From the NCBI GenBank assembly GCA_951406725.2, contig OX597814.1, forward strand, positions 17,236,001-17,300,000: a stretch of 64,000 bases of DNA. Direction: 5' to 3'. Source of the DNA: Octopus vulgaris (Eukaryota). Under the pieces are notes generated by a model, which was given only the letters and a program-made list of their open reading frames with translations, did no database searches and was not told where the DNA came from. Position numbers and translations under genes: made by a program. This document shows, one piece after another, positions 39,562 through 53,290 of this stretch (the stretch's first letter is position 1; every line of letters begins with the position of its first letter).

Positions 39562-40947
39562 ATTATTCAGTTTATTTCAAGGCGGTATTTCGTCTGTCTT
39601 TACGTCCTGAGTTCAAATTCCGCCTCGGTCGGCTTTGGTTTTCATCCTTTCGGGGTCGATAAATTAAGTAACAGTTGCGTACTAGGGTCGATCTAATCGA
39701 CTGGCCTCTTCCTCCAAAATTTCGGGCCTTGTTCCTAGAGTAGAAAAGATTATTCAGTTTATTTCAAGATTTATTGCCAATAGAGAAAGAACCGGTTTCT
39801 AACCTAGTTCCAAGACTCCTTCATTGGAATTTCAACATCAACAACAGGGCATTCTTGTTTGTTTGTTTGCTTGTGTGTATGTATATATATATGTATGTGC
39901 CGACTTGTTAGTTTTATGTATGTAATCTCATGCATAGAGTTACATATCTAGACATGCTCATATATATTTAAATGATGAACTTCTGGAAAGCTTTACAAAT
40001 TTTTACATTTCTAGTGATGGATTGGGTCTGTAGTCTTCGAACTAGCTTTCTCCTTTCTGGTTTTGGGAAGCCTAATATCTCAAGATCGGTATTTAGGCAG
40101 TGCGTTACATATCCCAGAGCCCCAATAAGTACAGGTATAAACATGAACTTGTAATCTGGATAGAGTAACTGCAGATTTCTCAATAGTTCAGCATAAGTGT
40201 TCTCTTTTTCACTGATCTTCAGTTTTATATTAACATCTGCTGGGCAGCTAATTTCCACAACTGTGCACAGTTTATCTTCTCTATCCCAAATCATTATATC
40301 AGGTTTGCTGTGCTTACATTTTATTGAGATCTTCACAGGGACATTCCACCAGTATTCCTTTTCATTACGAATGGGTACCATATTCTACCATATTGTGGGT
40401 TTTTATTTCTTTGTCCTAGGAATTATCCTTCCGAGGGATTTCATTATAGAGTGTCCTAGCTACAACGTCATATCTCATCGGTAGACAGTAGCGTGATGAC
40501 ATTTTCAGACAACTGCATATGATGTGGGTGATATCTTCGGTGTTTACTCTACGAAGTTTGCATCGGTTGTCAATTTTACTGCTTTTCCTGCATCACTATC
40601 CTTTTTGTGCACCGGGTAATTGGTTGATATTTCTTGTTCCTGGATTGCAAACGCATACTCTACAAAGTGAGAGGTAGTAATCCGGCTATTGGTCCATGAT
40701 AAACTGCTTTGATGATCAATGTTATTATCACCACGGAGCTTTCTTCTATCATATCCATGCATAGTCTTCTGCTCATATAGGCTCATCCTTTCATCTTATG
40801 ATACGTTGTGGTAGAGTCATGCAACTTCTTTAGGCATGTACTCTATGTTATCAGACACAGAGTGTTACTGAAGGAACTGCCTTCCAAGTCTTTTGATGTT
40901 ATCAGTCTCATGTATGCACACTTGGTCAAGGGATGCGCTTCGACGCT
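39562..40947 (-). mobile_element. 5'-truncated R4/Dong-like RLE non-LTR retrotransposon (C-terminus and 3' UTR), decayed
   Basis: MHGY...SLSW...AFAIQEQEISTNY, CCHC knuckle remnant, WWNVPV...HSKPDIMIWD...VVEISCP...IPVLIGALG (restriction-like endonuclease); (TATG)n on both sides. Confidence 0.9.
39582..39748 (+). mobile_element. Headless SINE family A (tail variant 2) nested in the LINE 3' end with a 20-bp TSD
   Basis: ATTATTCAGTTTATTTCAAG at 39562-39581 and 39749-39768. Confidence 0.93.
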
Positions 40948-41049
40948 GTATGTATGTATGCATGCATGTATGTATGTATGTATGTATGTATGTATGTATG
41001 TATGTATGTATGTATGTATGTATGTATGTATGTATGTATGTATGTATGA

Positions 41050-41385
41050 AGAGGGTGTAAACCCCCTTCGGTCATGAATGACCATGGGATTGCACCTAGT
41101 AAGTTTCCCTTCGAGGTACAAGTTTGGGCAAGATTATTTGCGGAAGACCAGCAGTCGCCTATGCATACAAGTCTTCCTTCTCCACGTTACGGATGTTATC
41201 CAAAGGAAAGGCAAAGGCCGATACAATTTGGCACCAGCGACGTCGTAACTCCTTTCTACAGCCGAGTGAGCTGGAACAGCGCGAAATGAAATGTTTTCCT
41301 CAAGAACACAACACACAGCCCGGTCAGGGAAATGAACTTACCACCTCGCGATTGTGAGTCCGAGGCTCTAACCACTGATCCACGA
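41050..41385 (-). mobile_element. SINE family D (tRNA head, V/Meta-like central domain)
   Basis: Minus strand CAGTGGTTAGAGCCTCGGACTCACAATCGCGAGG...AGTTCATTTCCC head; GTGTTCTTGAG...TCCAGCTCACTCGGCTG domain. Confidence 0.8.
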
Positions 41386-41959
41386 TGTATAAAATACACT
41401 TCAAGCTATCCGTTATTTATGTGTGTTTCACTAAGTATATACTGACATGTTCATGATGTGGCTTTGTGAAAATGATCCGATATCCTATTATGAAGTTTCA
41501 TTTTAATAAATCTTACATAGCTCTGTCCAAAAGTGCACTGTTCTATTAAAAGACTTTGGTTCTCAATCTTGCCACATCATCGCCGTCAAGTAGAACATGT
41601 TTCTTTCGTGTTATTGTTGTTATCGTTATTATTGTAGTTGTTGTTATTAACCTTGTCATTGTCGACGTCGTCGTTGTTATTGTCTACTTCTTCCAATCAG
41701 GACTCACACCATTAGCCACAAAGAATAATCTCTAATTCGAGCCTACTCTAAGCTACTAAAAATGGCAACTTGAAGATCCACCCACAACACGCGATAGACT
41801 GTGCACGGGCGCGAAAGCTACGCTGTTATCTTCATTCCGTAAACGGTGGCTTTTAATGGGTGGAGAGCTGAACCATCCTGGGGTAGAGATGATTCGCAAT
41901 CTAGACTAGGGTCTGAAAGTTTACCACACCATAGTGGGTTACACCATGGTTCCTCTGCT

Positions 41960-42160
41960 TTCTGGCAGAAGTAGGAAGAAAGAGTGAGAGAAAGTTGTGC
42001 TGAAAGAGTACACTGAGATTCACCTCCCCCCACCCGTCATAGATTCGTGGAGCTTAGATGTTTTTGCTCAATAAACACTCACAATGCCCGGTCTGGGTAT
42101 CAAAACCGCGTTCTTACGACCGCGAGTCCGCTGTCCTAACCACTGGGCCATTGCGCCTCC
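41960..42160 (-). mobile_element. SINE family C, 5' half
   Basis: GGAGGCGCAATGGCCCAGTGGTTAGG head matching 47277. Confidence 0.88.
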
Positions 42161-42472
42161 CCTGTTGTTGTTAATTTTGTGGCTGTGTAATATGTATTGC
42201 TTAAGGGTGCCTTTACTTCATAATTCTAACAGGGATGAGCAAACCTCTACGGCTTTATGCAGTTTCTTAAAAGATCTCGTTTTACCATCAGTGGAGCAGA
42301 CCTATGTCCAAAGTTACATCTGTGGTGACTTTCCCCATAGTTTTTTTTGAGGAATATAAAACTATATTGTTCCAGTTGTATTTGCACGTTTGGATCGTCA
42401 ACTGTGATGAGGGGGGAATTGGTTGATGTTTTGTAGGTAAGTGGTTTAATGAAAGTAATAGAAGAATACTCA

Positions 42473-42688
42473 AGGTAGCGAGCTGGCAGAACCGTTAGCA
42501 CGCCGGGCGTAATGCGTAGCCGTATTTCGTCTGCCGCTACGTTCTGAGTTCAAATTTCGCCGAGGTCGACTTTGCCTTTCATCCTTTCGCAGTCGATAAA
42601 TTAAGTACCAGTTGCGTACTGAGGTCGATGTGATCGATTGGCCCCCTTCCCAAAAATTTCGGGTCTTGTGCCTGGAGTAGAAAAGAAT
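42473..42688 (+). mobile_element. SINE family A (tail variant 2), full length
   Basis: Head, central domain and CTTGTGCCT.GAGTAGAAAAGAAT tail. Confidence 0.9.
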
Positions 42689-42728
42689 ACAATAAGAAGA
42701 TTTCTAATATTAAATTATAGCCGCCATG

Positions 42729-43020
42729 GAGGCACATGGCCTAGTGGTTAGAGCAGCGGACTCGTGGTCGAGGGACCGCGCGTTCGAATCTCAGACCGGG
42801 CGATGTGTGTGTTTATGAGCGAAACACCTAAGCTCCACGCGGCTCCGGCAGAAGGTAATGGCGAAACTTCTGTTGACTCTTTTGCCACATCTTTCTCTCA
42901 CTCTTTCCTCCAGCATCTTGCAGCTCACCTGCGACGGACCGGTGTCCCGTCCAGGTGGGGAACCTATACACCAAGGAAACCGGGAAAACGGCCCTATGAG
43001 CCAGGCGTGGCTCGAGAAGG
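42729..43020 (+). mobile_element. SINE with a family-C-like head and a different 3' half
   Basis: GGAGGCACATGGCCTAGTGGTTAGAGCAGCGGACTCG...GTTCGAATCTC head; CCTGCGACGGACCGGTGTCCCGTCCAGG tail domain. Confidence 0.85.
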
Positions 43021-44389
43021 TGGTCGACTTTGCCTTTTATCCTTTCGAAGTCGATAAAGTAACTACCAACTGTGAATTGGGATCCATGCAATCACCTTAA
43101 ACCAATCCCTCAAAGCCTTGTGCCAAAATCTGAAATATATATTAAATTATATCCCATTACCTCCTTCTTTTAAAATCCCTCCGATGATTGTAAGCGGCAT
43201 TTATATGTGTGAGGATTATTTATATTAGGAGTGTTTAATCCGACTGAATTTTCAAGCAAAATATATGGCATTGTGCTAACATAGGTAGTAATAGTTATTA
43301 TCATGATCGTGATAATGCTAACGATGATTGCCGTTATCATCATTATTAGTATCCTAATAATAATCGTGATAACTATTATCACTATCAGCAACCTCATAAA
43401 TATAATAATGAAGACCATTAGGAACATTATCAGTATTATCATCAAAAGTCACAGTAGCATCGTTTGTTGTTGTTACTTCTATTTCTTTTTTTTTTTTTCT
43501 TTCTTTCATGATCTCTAAGTCGAATTCTTTTCTCAAGTTTGTCTTCTACGAAGTGGCCAAGAGTGTTAATACAGATAATGATTAAGCATAAGAAAGATAT
43601 AGTTTCACAGTTTACGTAGCTAGGTGTTTAATTTCATTGATTAACACGTTTTGTTGGTGTTAAACCTTCCGAGGAAACTTTTATTTACAATCAACATTTG
43701 TGCTAAGCTAAGTTTGTCGACTCTAGGTAGGGAAAAGAGCTTTTACCTAATCATAAACATTGAAACGCTTGTTAGTCTTTTAGAGAAAAACAGAAGACAT
43801 TTCTGACCATCACTAACACCTATATGCTTACATTTCTCTCTCTGAGTCTCTTTTGTTTGCACACATATACATTCTCTCTCTCTTTCCCTTTCTTTCTTTC
43901 TATCTCTCTCTCTCTCTTTTACACACACACATGAATATATATACACGAGCATATACATAAATAAACACATGTATATTTAGTAATTACGTTTGGGCGGGGA
44001 TGTGTTTCAGAGAAACGAAATTTTAATGTTGCATAGAAGTGTGAACCACGTAATATATATTTGTCTTTTGTTTTTTCCTTTTCTTTTTTCTTTGTTATTG
44101 CTGCTCTTGTTGTTGTTGTTGTTGTTCACAGTCGTCTTGTGTGTGTTCAATGTAAGTCGTGTTTCGCATTTTTTTCTTTTTTTAGTTAGGGTATCGCTAC
44201 TGTAAGGTGCTGGTCAGTTAATATTTTTCTGTTTGCATAAAGGTTTTGTAGTTTACATGATAAGTTAAGTAGCATGTGGTCGATTACGTCCCTGGGGTCG
44301 TTACAATGAAAGTTTATAGATTCACTTGGTTTATTGTACTTGTCGAGAAAGTCAGTATCGTCCATTCAGGTTTCGAAATTAGTTGTTTT

Positions 44390-44795
44390 ATATTTCTTTA
44401 TTGCCTGCAAGGGGCTAAACATAGAGGGGACAAACAAGGATTAAGTCGATTACATCGACTTCTGTGCGTAACTGGTAATTAATTTATCGACCCTGAAAGT
44501 ATGAAAGGCAAAGACGACCTTGGCGAAATTTGAACTCAGAACGTAGCGGCAGACGAAATACCTATTTCTTTACTACCCACAATGGGCTAAACACAGAGGG
44601 AAGACAAACAAGGACAGACAAAGGGATTAAGTCGATTACATCGACTTCAGTGCGTAACTGGTACTTATTTAATCGACCCCGAAACAATGACAGGCAAAGT
44701 CGACCTCGGCGGAATTTGAACTCAGAACGCAGCGGCAGACGAAATACGGCTACGCATTTCGCCCGGCGTGCTAACGTTTCTGCCAGATCGCCGTC
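44390..44795 (-). mobile_element. SINE family A dimer
   Basis: Two tandem units; junction at about 44556-44572. Confidence 0.92.
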
Positions 44796-44869
44796 CTCGG
44801 GAATTATAGATAATATACTTCCAGAACATATAAATGTATATACGCTCGATGTGTGTAAGCATGTGCAAG

Positions 44870-44943
<74 letters not shown>

Positions 44944-45427
44944 TGTGTGTGTGTTTGTAAGAATGTATAAGTATATATATGTATGTGTATCTGTGTGCGT
45001 GTGTGTGTGTGCATATGTATATATGTGTCTGTGCATTTATATATTTGTTTACATGTATGGATGAAATGCGGCGATTTATACTATTATTAAACACGCAACC
45101 TTTGTCATGTTATTTGTAGGAATTGCAGGTATTTCTTTCAAAGTATCCGACCTCTATCTTGTACTATGAAAGGTGATGCTTGTTTGTCCCGTTGAAAATA
45201 GTTTCATTACCGACAATTCATACGGTGTGCTACATACAAAAGACATTCGATCCAGTAAAACTTTTTTTTTCTTTGGGTTGTTCACTGTAGATATCTCATG
45301 TACTGCCTTTATACTCGTTTTAATTGCTGCATTAACTTTAGATTTTAGTCTTTTCAAATCAATTAAGGATTAGTTTATTATATGGTGATTATCGATCTGT
45401 TACTACTTCTTGTATAATAATAATAAC

Positions 45428-45567
<140 letters not shown>

Positions 45568-45726
45568 TTTTTTTCTTCTTTCAAATTTGCTTCCATTTCT
45601 TGCCGAGTGTCTTCCCGACTCCTAGGGCAAAGAAACTCATAGTATACATTGGTAGGCCATTAAACCAACTCAATAGTTCGTTCATTTAAAAATTTCTTTT
45701 TTTTTTTTTAAGTTAAATTAAAATAC

Positions 45727-45813
45727 ATGAGTTCAAATTCTGCCGAGGTTGACATTGACTTTCATCCTTTCGGGGTCGATAAATTAAGTATGTGTTATGC
45801 ACTGGGGTCGATG

Positions 45814-45872
<59 letters not shown>

Positions 45873-46149
45873 GTTATTATTATTATTATTATTGTCATAA
45901 TCCTTTCTACTGGAGGCATAAGGCCTCAAATTTTGGGGAAGGGGACTAGTCTATGACACCGACAAATACAGACAAGGAGATTAAGTCGTTTACATCGACC
46001 CCAGTGCATAACTCATACTTAATTTATCAACCCCGAAAGGATGAAAGGCAATGTCAACCTCAGCAGAATTTGAACTTGGAACGTAATGGCAAACGAAATG
46101 CCACTAAGCATTTTGTCTGGTGTGCTAAAGATTCTGCCAGCTAGCCGCC

Positions 46150-46150
<1 letters not shown>
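45727..46150. mobile_element. Two opposed SINE family A fragments separated by (ATT)n
   Basis: Plus copy 45727-45813; minus copy 45898-46150. Confidence 0.8.
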
Positions 46151-46225
<75 letters not shown>

Positions 46226-46226
<1 letters not shown>

Positions 46227-47970
46227 CAAGTAATGTATGGAAAACCAAATTGTACTCAAGTAAAGTATTCCTTGGAAATGTTAATATTAAAAGGGGATCT
46301 TCCTAGGTGACTCGTTTTCTCCTTTACTTTATGTAATTGCATACCCATAACAATGACAGGAAATTTAAGATGGGTTACCGATGTGGGAAGAAAGGCCCAT
46401 CATTGAACCATCTTCTGTTCATGGCTGACCTGAAATTCCTTAACCAAAACAGTCCAGAAGTGTGGTAGGGACTTCAGTATAGAATTGGGGATTACCAAAT
46501 GCTCAATACTTAATATGAAAAGAGAAGAAAGCAGCCTGCAAAGAGTTGCGGTTACTATCAGGAGAGACCGATGGTTTGGGGTATAAATATTTAGGGATTT
46601 GAGAGTTGGGGGACATTCTAAACAGAGAAATGGAAGACAAGGTCAGCGAGGCATATCAAGAAAAGATGAAGATGGTGTTGAAATCCAGTCTGAATGCCAA
46701 AATTTGATTACTGCAATGAATATTTGGGCAGTGCGTCGATCGTTAAATGAACTACTGAAGAGGAAATATCATACTGGACAGAAGAACGAAAGTTGATGAC
46801 GCTGCATGGGGCGCTACACCCTAAAGCAAACGTAAACAGATTGTATATGAAAAGAAAGAATGGTGACAGAGGACCATTTATTATAGACTATTGTGGAAGT
46901 ACTTCGTCGGTTACGACGACGAGGGTTCCGGTTGATCCGAATCAACGGAACAGCCTGCTCATGAAATTAACGTGTAAGTGGCCGAGCACTCCACAGACAC
47001 GTGTACCCTTAACATAGTTCTCGGGGATATTCAGCGTGACACAGAGAGTGACAAGGCCGGCCCTTTGAAATACAGGTACAACAGAAACAGGAAGTAAGAG
47101 TGAGAGAAAGCTGTGGTGAAAGAGTACAGCAGGGATCACCACCATCTCCTGCCGGAGCCTCGTGGAGCTTTAGGTGTTTTCGCTCAATAAACACTCACAA
47201 CGCCCGGTCTGGGAATCGAAACCGCGATCCTATGACCGCGAGTCCGCTGCCCTAACCACTGGGCCATTGCGCCTCCGATTATAGACCATTGTATAAGGAG
47301 TGAACGGAGAACGCTTGCCGAGTATTTAATAAATAGTGATGAAGACCTGTTGCAATACGCCGCGAAAGATATGGGTGTAAATACAGATGAAATGATAGGC
47401 AATGCAGAGCTTAACCAAAGTGCTGAGGAGAAGAGAAATGTAGACCTTCTTGAAATGAGACTGCATGGAGAGTTTGAAAGGAATACGCAGGACGTTAAGG
47501 ATAATACAGCATCGTGGGCATGACTTGAGCGAGGTGATTTGAAGCGCACCACCGAAAGCTTGATCATTGCTGCACAAGACCAGGCTCTCGCTACCAATTC
47601 AGTGAAGTATAACGTCTATAAAACTTCTAACACCCAGAAATGCAGACTCTGTGGAAAGAGTGTGGAAAATGTGACCCACTTGGTAAGTGAATGTGAGAGC
47701 CTTGCACAAAAAGAATACAAACGTCGCCACCATGATAAAGTGTGTGTGGATCTTCATTGGCTCTTATGCCGTAAATACCAATATGAAGTAACAGAGAACT
47801 GCTATGAGCATGTACCAAGTAAAGATATGCAGGATGATGGGAAAAAACGATACTCTAGGACTATGATTTTCAAACGGATCGTGTAATCGAACACCGTCGT
47901 CCGGATATTGTCATTTTGAATAAGAGAGACAAATACTGTCAGATCATTGATGTAGCCATGCCAAATTACA
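46226..47970 (+). mobile_element. R4/Dong-like non-LTR retrotransposon remnant (RT, CCHC knuckle, RLE start)
   Basis: KRGIFLGDSFSP and NHLLFMADLK (RT domains 4-5, across frameshifts); LHGALHPKANVNRLYMKRKNG; ESLIIAAQDQAL...CRLCGKSVENVTHLVSEC...YKRRHHD; HRRPDIVI...IIDVAMP. Confidence 0.93.
46895..47277 (-). mobile_element. Full-length SINE family C inserted in the LINE, 15-bp TSD
   Basis: ATTATAGACTATTGT (46880-46894) and ATTATAGACCATTGT (47278-47292). Confidence 0.95.
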
Positions 47971-48049
47971 TGATATTTAATACTGATATTTTATCGAAAA
48001 TAAAAAGAAATTCACGTTTGCTATGGAACTTGCACTACACGAATGCATA

Positions 48050-48165
48050 ATATATATTAATTATTATCATCAAACTTGTTATCATCAAAGATATATTAAT
48101 TATTATCATCAAATTTTTATCCTAAAGCATATATTAATTATCATCACCAAATTATTATAATCCAT
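48050..48165. repeat. ~39-bp imperfect tandem repeat x3 (ATATATTAATTATTATCATCAAA...)
   Basis: Directly visible. Confidence 0.8.
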
Positions 48166-49476
48166 ATTATCTGCATACTTTTCTTGTATCATGAAGCAAC
48201 ACTACAAATCTCTGCTTTAAGAAACTTGATCAAACTCTGGTTTTTTTTATTATTTTACCTTCATATACTTTGCCCTTATTAGATTCTGGTGCTGTTTGCT
48301 TGATTGGTAACTGAGTTATATCTTAATTTTTAAGTTTTCTAATATTGAGAGTAACTTGCCTACAATATAAAATTACAATGATGTTATGGATTATAACTTC
48401 CTCTTTTATTATGTTTTATTCTATTTATTAATTTCAATATATCGCCCACTTTTAATTGATGACGCCTATATTGCTATTTATCGCCCCCTCAGTCGCAGTG
48501 ATATTACTGGATTTGAATGATTTACCAATAACCACACGAGAAATGTTTACGTTGCAAGAGATTGAAATGTCTAAATCAGTAAAACAATCCTTTCATTCTT
48601 CTAAATAATTATAGAAGGAATAATTACTTTGATTCATTTTAACAGTCTATCAAACACGTCACGAAATAGCGTAGTCAAGCACGTCACAGCTTATCAAACA
48701 CGCCACGAAATATCCACCACTGTCAGATATTGATTTGGGCTAATGCGTTCACCAATTGTTTTCTATCCTGATTTCAAGGAAATGTCATACTTTATTCCAT
48801 GAATAAACTCGAACTTTGCGACGAAACTACTGATGAATCCCCCCACACACACCATCAATTTTCTCGTACCAGTACCGTAGAATTTCCCAAATCTAGAATC
48901 TGATCCAAATACAGTAATATCATACAGACTTTTCACTTACCTTTTTGCATGACCGTACGCGTTCGACAAGTATTTAACTTCAGGTAAAAAAAAATATATT
49001 TCTTTCTCTAAATCACTACATGGATTCAGAGCACTACTCCGAGTCATCATACTAACACAAGTCCAAAATAGAAAATACACAGTACCATTTTATATTCCAT
49101 CGAGTTAGATTCTCGACTCCTTTCCCGCTTATTCACCCGTGCAAAAAAACACACACACACACACACAAAACCGAGTTAAGAAAAAGCACACGATATTGCC
49201 CCGCATAAAACCAGGCTACAAAGATTTTGTTATGCATCAATTCATTTATTCCAGAACTTGTGGTTTACTGAATGGTGTAACATATGGATCCGTCCTATCA
49301 ATTTCACTGTTTAACCTTTAAACAAGATTTAAATATATTTGTATACACTTCTGGAAAATATACAAACTTATATGTAAGCCTTATTCTACTCACGTCCTTT
49401 CATTACTCTTTATACACATCCATGTGACCCCAACTGTGTGTGTGCGCGCGAGCGTTTGTGTATGTTTGTGTTTATA

Positions 49477-49887
49477 TACTCTTTACTCTTTTACTTGTTT
49501 CAGTCATTTGACTGCGGCCATGCTGGAGCACCGCCTTTAGTCGAGCAAATCGACCCGGGGACTTATTCTTTGTACGCCCAGTACTTATTCTATCGGTCTC
49601 TTTTGCCGAACCGCTAAGTTACGGGGACGTAAACACACCAGCATCGGTTGTCAAGCGATATTGGGGGGGACAAACACAGACACACAAACACACACACATT
49701 CATATATATATATATACACATAGACGACAGGCTTCTTTCAGTTTCCGTCTACCAAATCCACTCACAAGGCATTGGTCGGCCCGGAGCTATAGCAGAAGAC
49801 ACTTGCCCAAGATGCCACGCAGTGGGACTGAACCCGGAACCATGTGGCTGGTTAGCAAGCTACTTACCACACAGCCACTCCTGCGCC
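49477..49887 (-). mobile_element. SINE family B, full length
   Basis: Near-identical to 21043-21454 and 60496-60917. Confidence 0.93.
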
Positions 49888-50119
49888 TATATACATGTAC
49901 ACGTGTGTGTGTATGTCCAAAACATTACGGCGCAACTGTTTCTACCTCAGTTGTTGAAGTGAAGTTATGGGTTAATATCATGTCGCAAAAGTTCGATTTT
50001 TCTTCAAGTATACTGTGTATAAAGAGCATTTTGTATCTTCACGTAAAAGACTACCAAAGGAGTACTATATACTACTACTACGACTAATAATGCAACGACA
50101 ACTAAAATTGATGATGATT

Positions 50120-50158
<39 letters not shown>

Positions 50159-50844
50159 CAGTTTGATTTGTAGATGCTAATGAATACTGAATATTAAACA
50201 CAAAGCTTTCCACGGCACCCAAATGGATACAAAAGCTACCAAATTCTCTTAAATATTTGTTTCTCCTGATGGATATGTTCCCTAAAATATAAAGAATTGA
50301 TTAAATCAAACTTATGTTAACACTAATATTTGTTCATTTTTTTAAATATTTATACATTCTTTTGCATTGTTAGACGCTTTCCAAACGTAACTGATATGAA
50401 TGTATATGTATATAGAGAAATCTAATACAGGTAGGATTAACAAAAAATGTACTCTATCCAGCGATAGATACATATCATTTAATAGACAAATTACGAAAGA
50501 AGTACTGATAATTTCATGATTTTACGATACTTGAAAAAAGTACATTTATAAAACACGCCATGTATCTACAAACTATCGATCAGGCTTTGCTTACATGTTA
50601 TATGTACTTTAAAAGTTACGATGCGGGACTTTGAGAAAATGAGAAAAAAACTAGAAGGAAAAAAGAAATGAAGAATATTAAGGCAAAAAGTGGAACGAGA
50701 AGAAAGAAAAGAAAGAAAGAAAGCCAAGATCTCCATCCTTCTTGATTGCAGAAATCATAATTAATGCAGCTGTTGTAGAACAATATAACAGAAAAGCTGC
50801 CAAAATCTGAGAGACAGCCACTCATTCCGAAGCAGGTGGCATCC

Positions 50845-52010
50845 TCCAGTTCGACAATATGAACGTGCCTATGTGCTTGCACCTGCTAAAAATTTCCTAT
50901 CTGGAAGTGATCAGCGTAGTGAAATTATTGTATCTAAAAGAAATATGTGATATGTCTGCTACGCACAAGTTGCATTTCTAAGAACCTTTAATAAATGGCT
51001 TGGATTTCTCCACGATTCTCCACTTAATTGTACGTGGTGTGGATTTGGTCATCAAACTTCATACGTGGCAACCAATTTAATGACATTACCTTTCTTGATA
51101 TGTCGGGAAGATAGGTGGTTTGCATAACGTTTTCTTTTTCTTTTGAAATCGCCTTCACATAACCTGATGTAATTATTCTTTTCTTTTAGGGTACCCTGAA
51201 GCGTTGCTGTTAATTCTACGTACATGACGGAATTTATCATACACTCCTAGCCAAGTGGGCAAATTTCAGGGTCTCGACAGTTACAGTTGAGTGTAGTATC
51301 TTGGTACTGTTTACGAGCTATAATGTTCTTCGTATTGAAGCAGCAACTATTTTAGTAGAACATCTTTTTAAAAATCTTCCTGTATTTGTGATTTATTGAG
51401 TAATGTTTATCTACAAGAGACAGGATTTTCTTGCTTATGTTAGTTTTAACATTTAGGAAAAAAGGGCGGAGCGAACCAAGTTATTTTCCTAGGTTTATTT
51501 TTAGATCTATTTTTATGATTCATTTAATTACTTGAAAGGCTGTATTATAACTTTTCTTTTGAGCCACTGTTAGCTAGGGCTTTTTATAGTAGGCGGCTGC
51601 CTTATAGAAATATTTCTTTAAAAGGAGAGAAATTTGATTTCCTATTACTAATGTTAGTTATCAGGTTTTTAAACACTAAAATTGGGCGACAGGGCCGTTT
51701 ATGTATGGAGGAGAGATTCTCGTTTGGGTTATGGGACGGTTTATAAGAGCTGGAGTTTAGATCTAGGAAAACATCTAAAAATCGACTTTTGACAGAATAG
51801 TAGTAACAGCAATTTTGAGGCATAATTGACTAAAGGCATCATTGATTTGTATTCCTAAATTTGTCAAGAGTGTCGCCATCACAGACACGAGATATTCCCA
51901 ACCCATCGTCTCGGTATAGATCAGCAGCTGTGGATAGGAACGTAGATCTCAGTGCATATAATCCAAAGAGACCTACAAGCCAGAGGATAAATGAATATAT
52001 TTATTTAACC
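50845..52010 (-). mobile_element. Penelope-like (Neptune-type) retrotransposon remnant: RT catalytic region to GIY-YIG C-terminus
   Basis: LVGLF...DLYRDDGLG; FLDVFLDLNSSSYKP; WFAPPF..NVKTNISKK; CNCRDPEICPLG*EC; YIRLCEGDFK..RYANH; IKWRIV...KCNLC...EIFSRCKH. Confidence 0.92.
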
Positions 52011-52801
52011 ACTTGAATCATTACACACACACACACACACATATGTATATATATGTATATATTCAATATATTCAAGGAATCATGGAACATGGTGACAGTG
52101 ACTTCAACGATGATGGTGAGCAAACCAATACTTTTTTCCCTGCAAAAATCAATAATTAATGAACTCTACCAAGAACTCTACTAAGAAGTTCTGAGTAATC
52201 CTAGAGTTTAATATTAAATTATTTATATACGTATAGTTTGGCATAAAAGGTATTAATGTGTGTGTGCGCGCGAGTACCTTTTTCTTTTCCATTTGAAGTA
52301 AATTTTGGACGGCCACCTACTTGGTAGTAAGTTCGTGAAGGAACGCATCTTGCTTTTTTCACCAACTTTTGAATTTTAAGAAGGTCTTGCAGATTTTTAT
52401 TATCACAGGTAGTCATTGAATAAAGGTGATGCATTTCTCCGCAAGAACCCACATTCAGAACGGACTTTAAAGTGGACTTTAAATAAAAACCTTTGACTCT
52501 GCAACACTATATAATTTCTCTACTGGGAATGACCAAGTTTAAAAATCTGCTGGATCTCACTCATAAGGGAATCTTATTTGGCTTATAAACTCTATATTTG
52601 GAAGGACTCATTTTAAACTCTGTTGGACTTTTGGACTTTATTCATAGGATATTGGAATATTGCATATATACCATTATGCCTAAAATATGGATTTATAACT
52701 TCAATACCCATACATATCTTGCATCTATTTTCTTTCCTCCACCTCACTCTCTATTTTGTATCACATCTAAACTAACTATGACTCAACTATCCTCTCACAC
52801 C

Positions 52802-52853
52802 GTCTCCGATGAAGGGATATAATTAATAAATATCCTAGAAACAGCTGCAAGAC
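52802..52853 (+). ncRNA. Decayed minimal hammerhead in a Penelope pLTR-like remnant (about 52460-53060)
   Basis: GUCU CCGAUGA AGGGAUAU-loop-AUAUCCU A GAAA CAGCUG C A AGAC; two core mismatches. Confidence 0.55.
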
Positions 52854-53051
52854 CTATCTATGAATGCTCTAATATCTACACAGCCTTGGATTTTATCTTA
52901 TTAAACAAAAAATTCTTATATACACACGCTGACATAGAACCAATGTTGAATCCTTTATTCGCAATATTACCGAATCTGGAACTTAACTATGGTCTGTCTA
53001 TAGAACTTATTCAGCATTACTTGACACATCTGGGTCTCAATGACACCATTA

Positions 53052-53094
<43 letters not shown>

Positions 53095-53097
<3 letters not shown>

Positions 53098-53290
53098 GTC
53101 ATGATATATCGCTAGCCACTACACATTCTTTATTTTCTCTCCTTGTTTCTTTCCATGTTCCTTTCTGTAGAAGAGCGTAGGATCGAAACGTTAAAGGCTT
53201 TTTCACTTCCTGAGCGTTATACTAATACACCTGTTTGTTGTCTACACCACCTGTCTTCGTCTTTTGTTTTTTTTTAATGAATTCTCCCTA
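53095..53290 (+). mobile_element. (TA)n-embedded short retroelement with hammerhead at 53160-53197
   Basis: CCUUU CUGUAGA A GAGC GUAG GAUC GAAA CG U U AAAGG; reverse-complement homologue of 23281-23475. Confidence 0.85.

Noticed and set aside
42729-42800. tRNA-like sequences (also 47205-47277 and family A/B heads)
   Set aside because: They continue into shared SINE bodies and tails, with TSDs; SINE heads rather than tRNA genes
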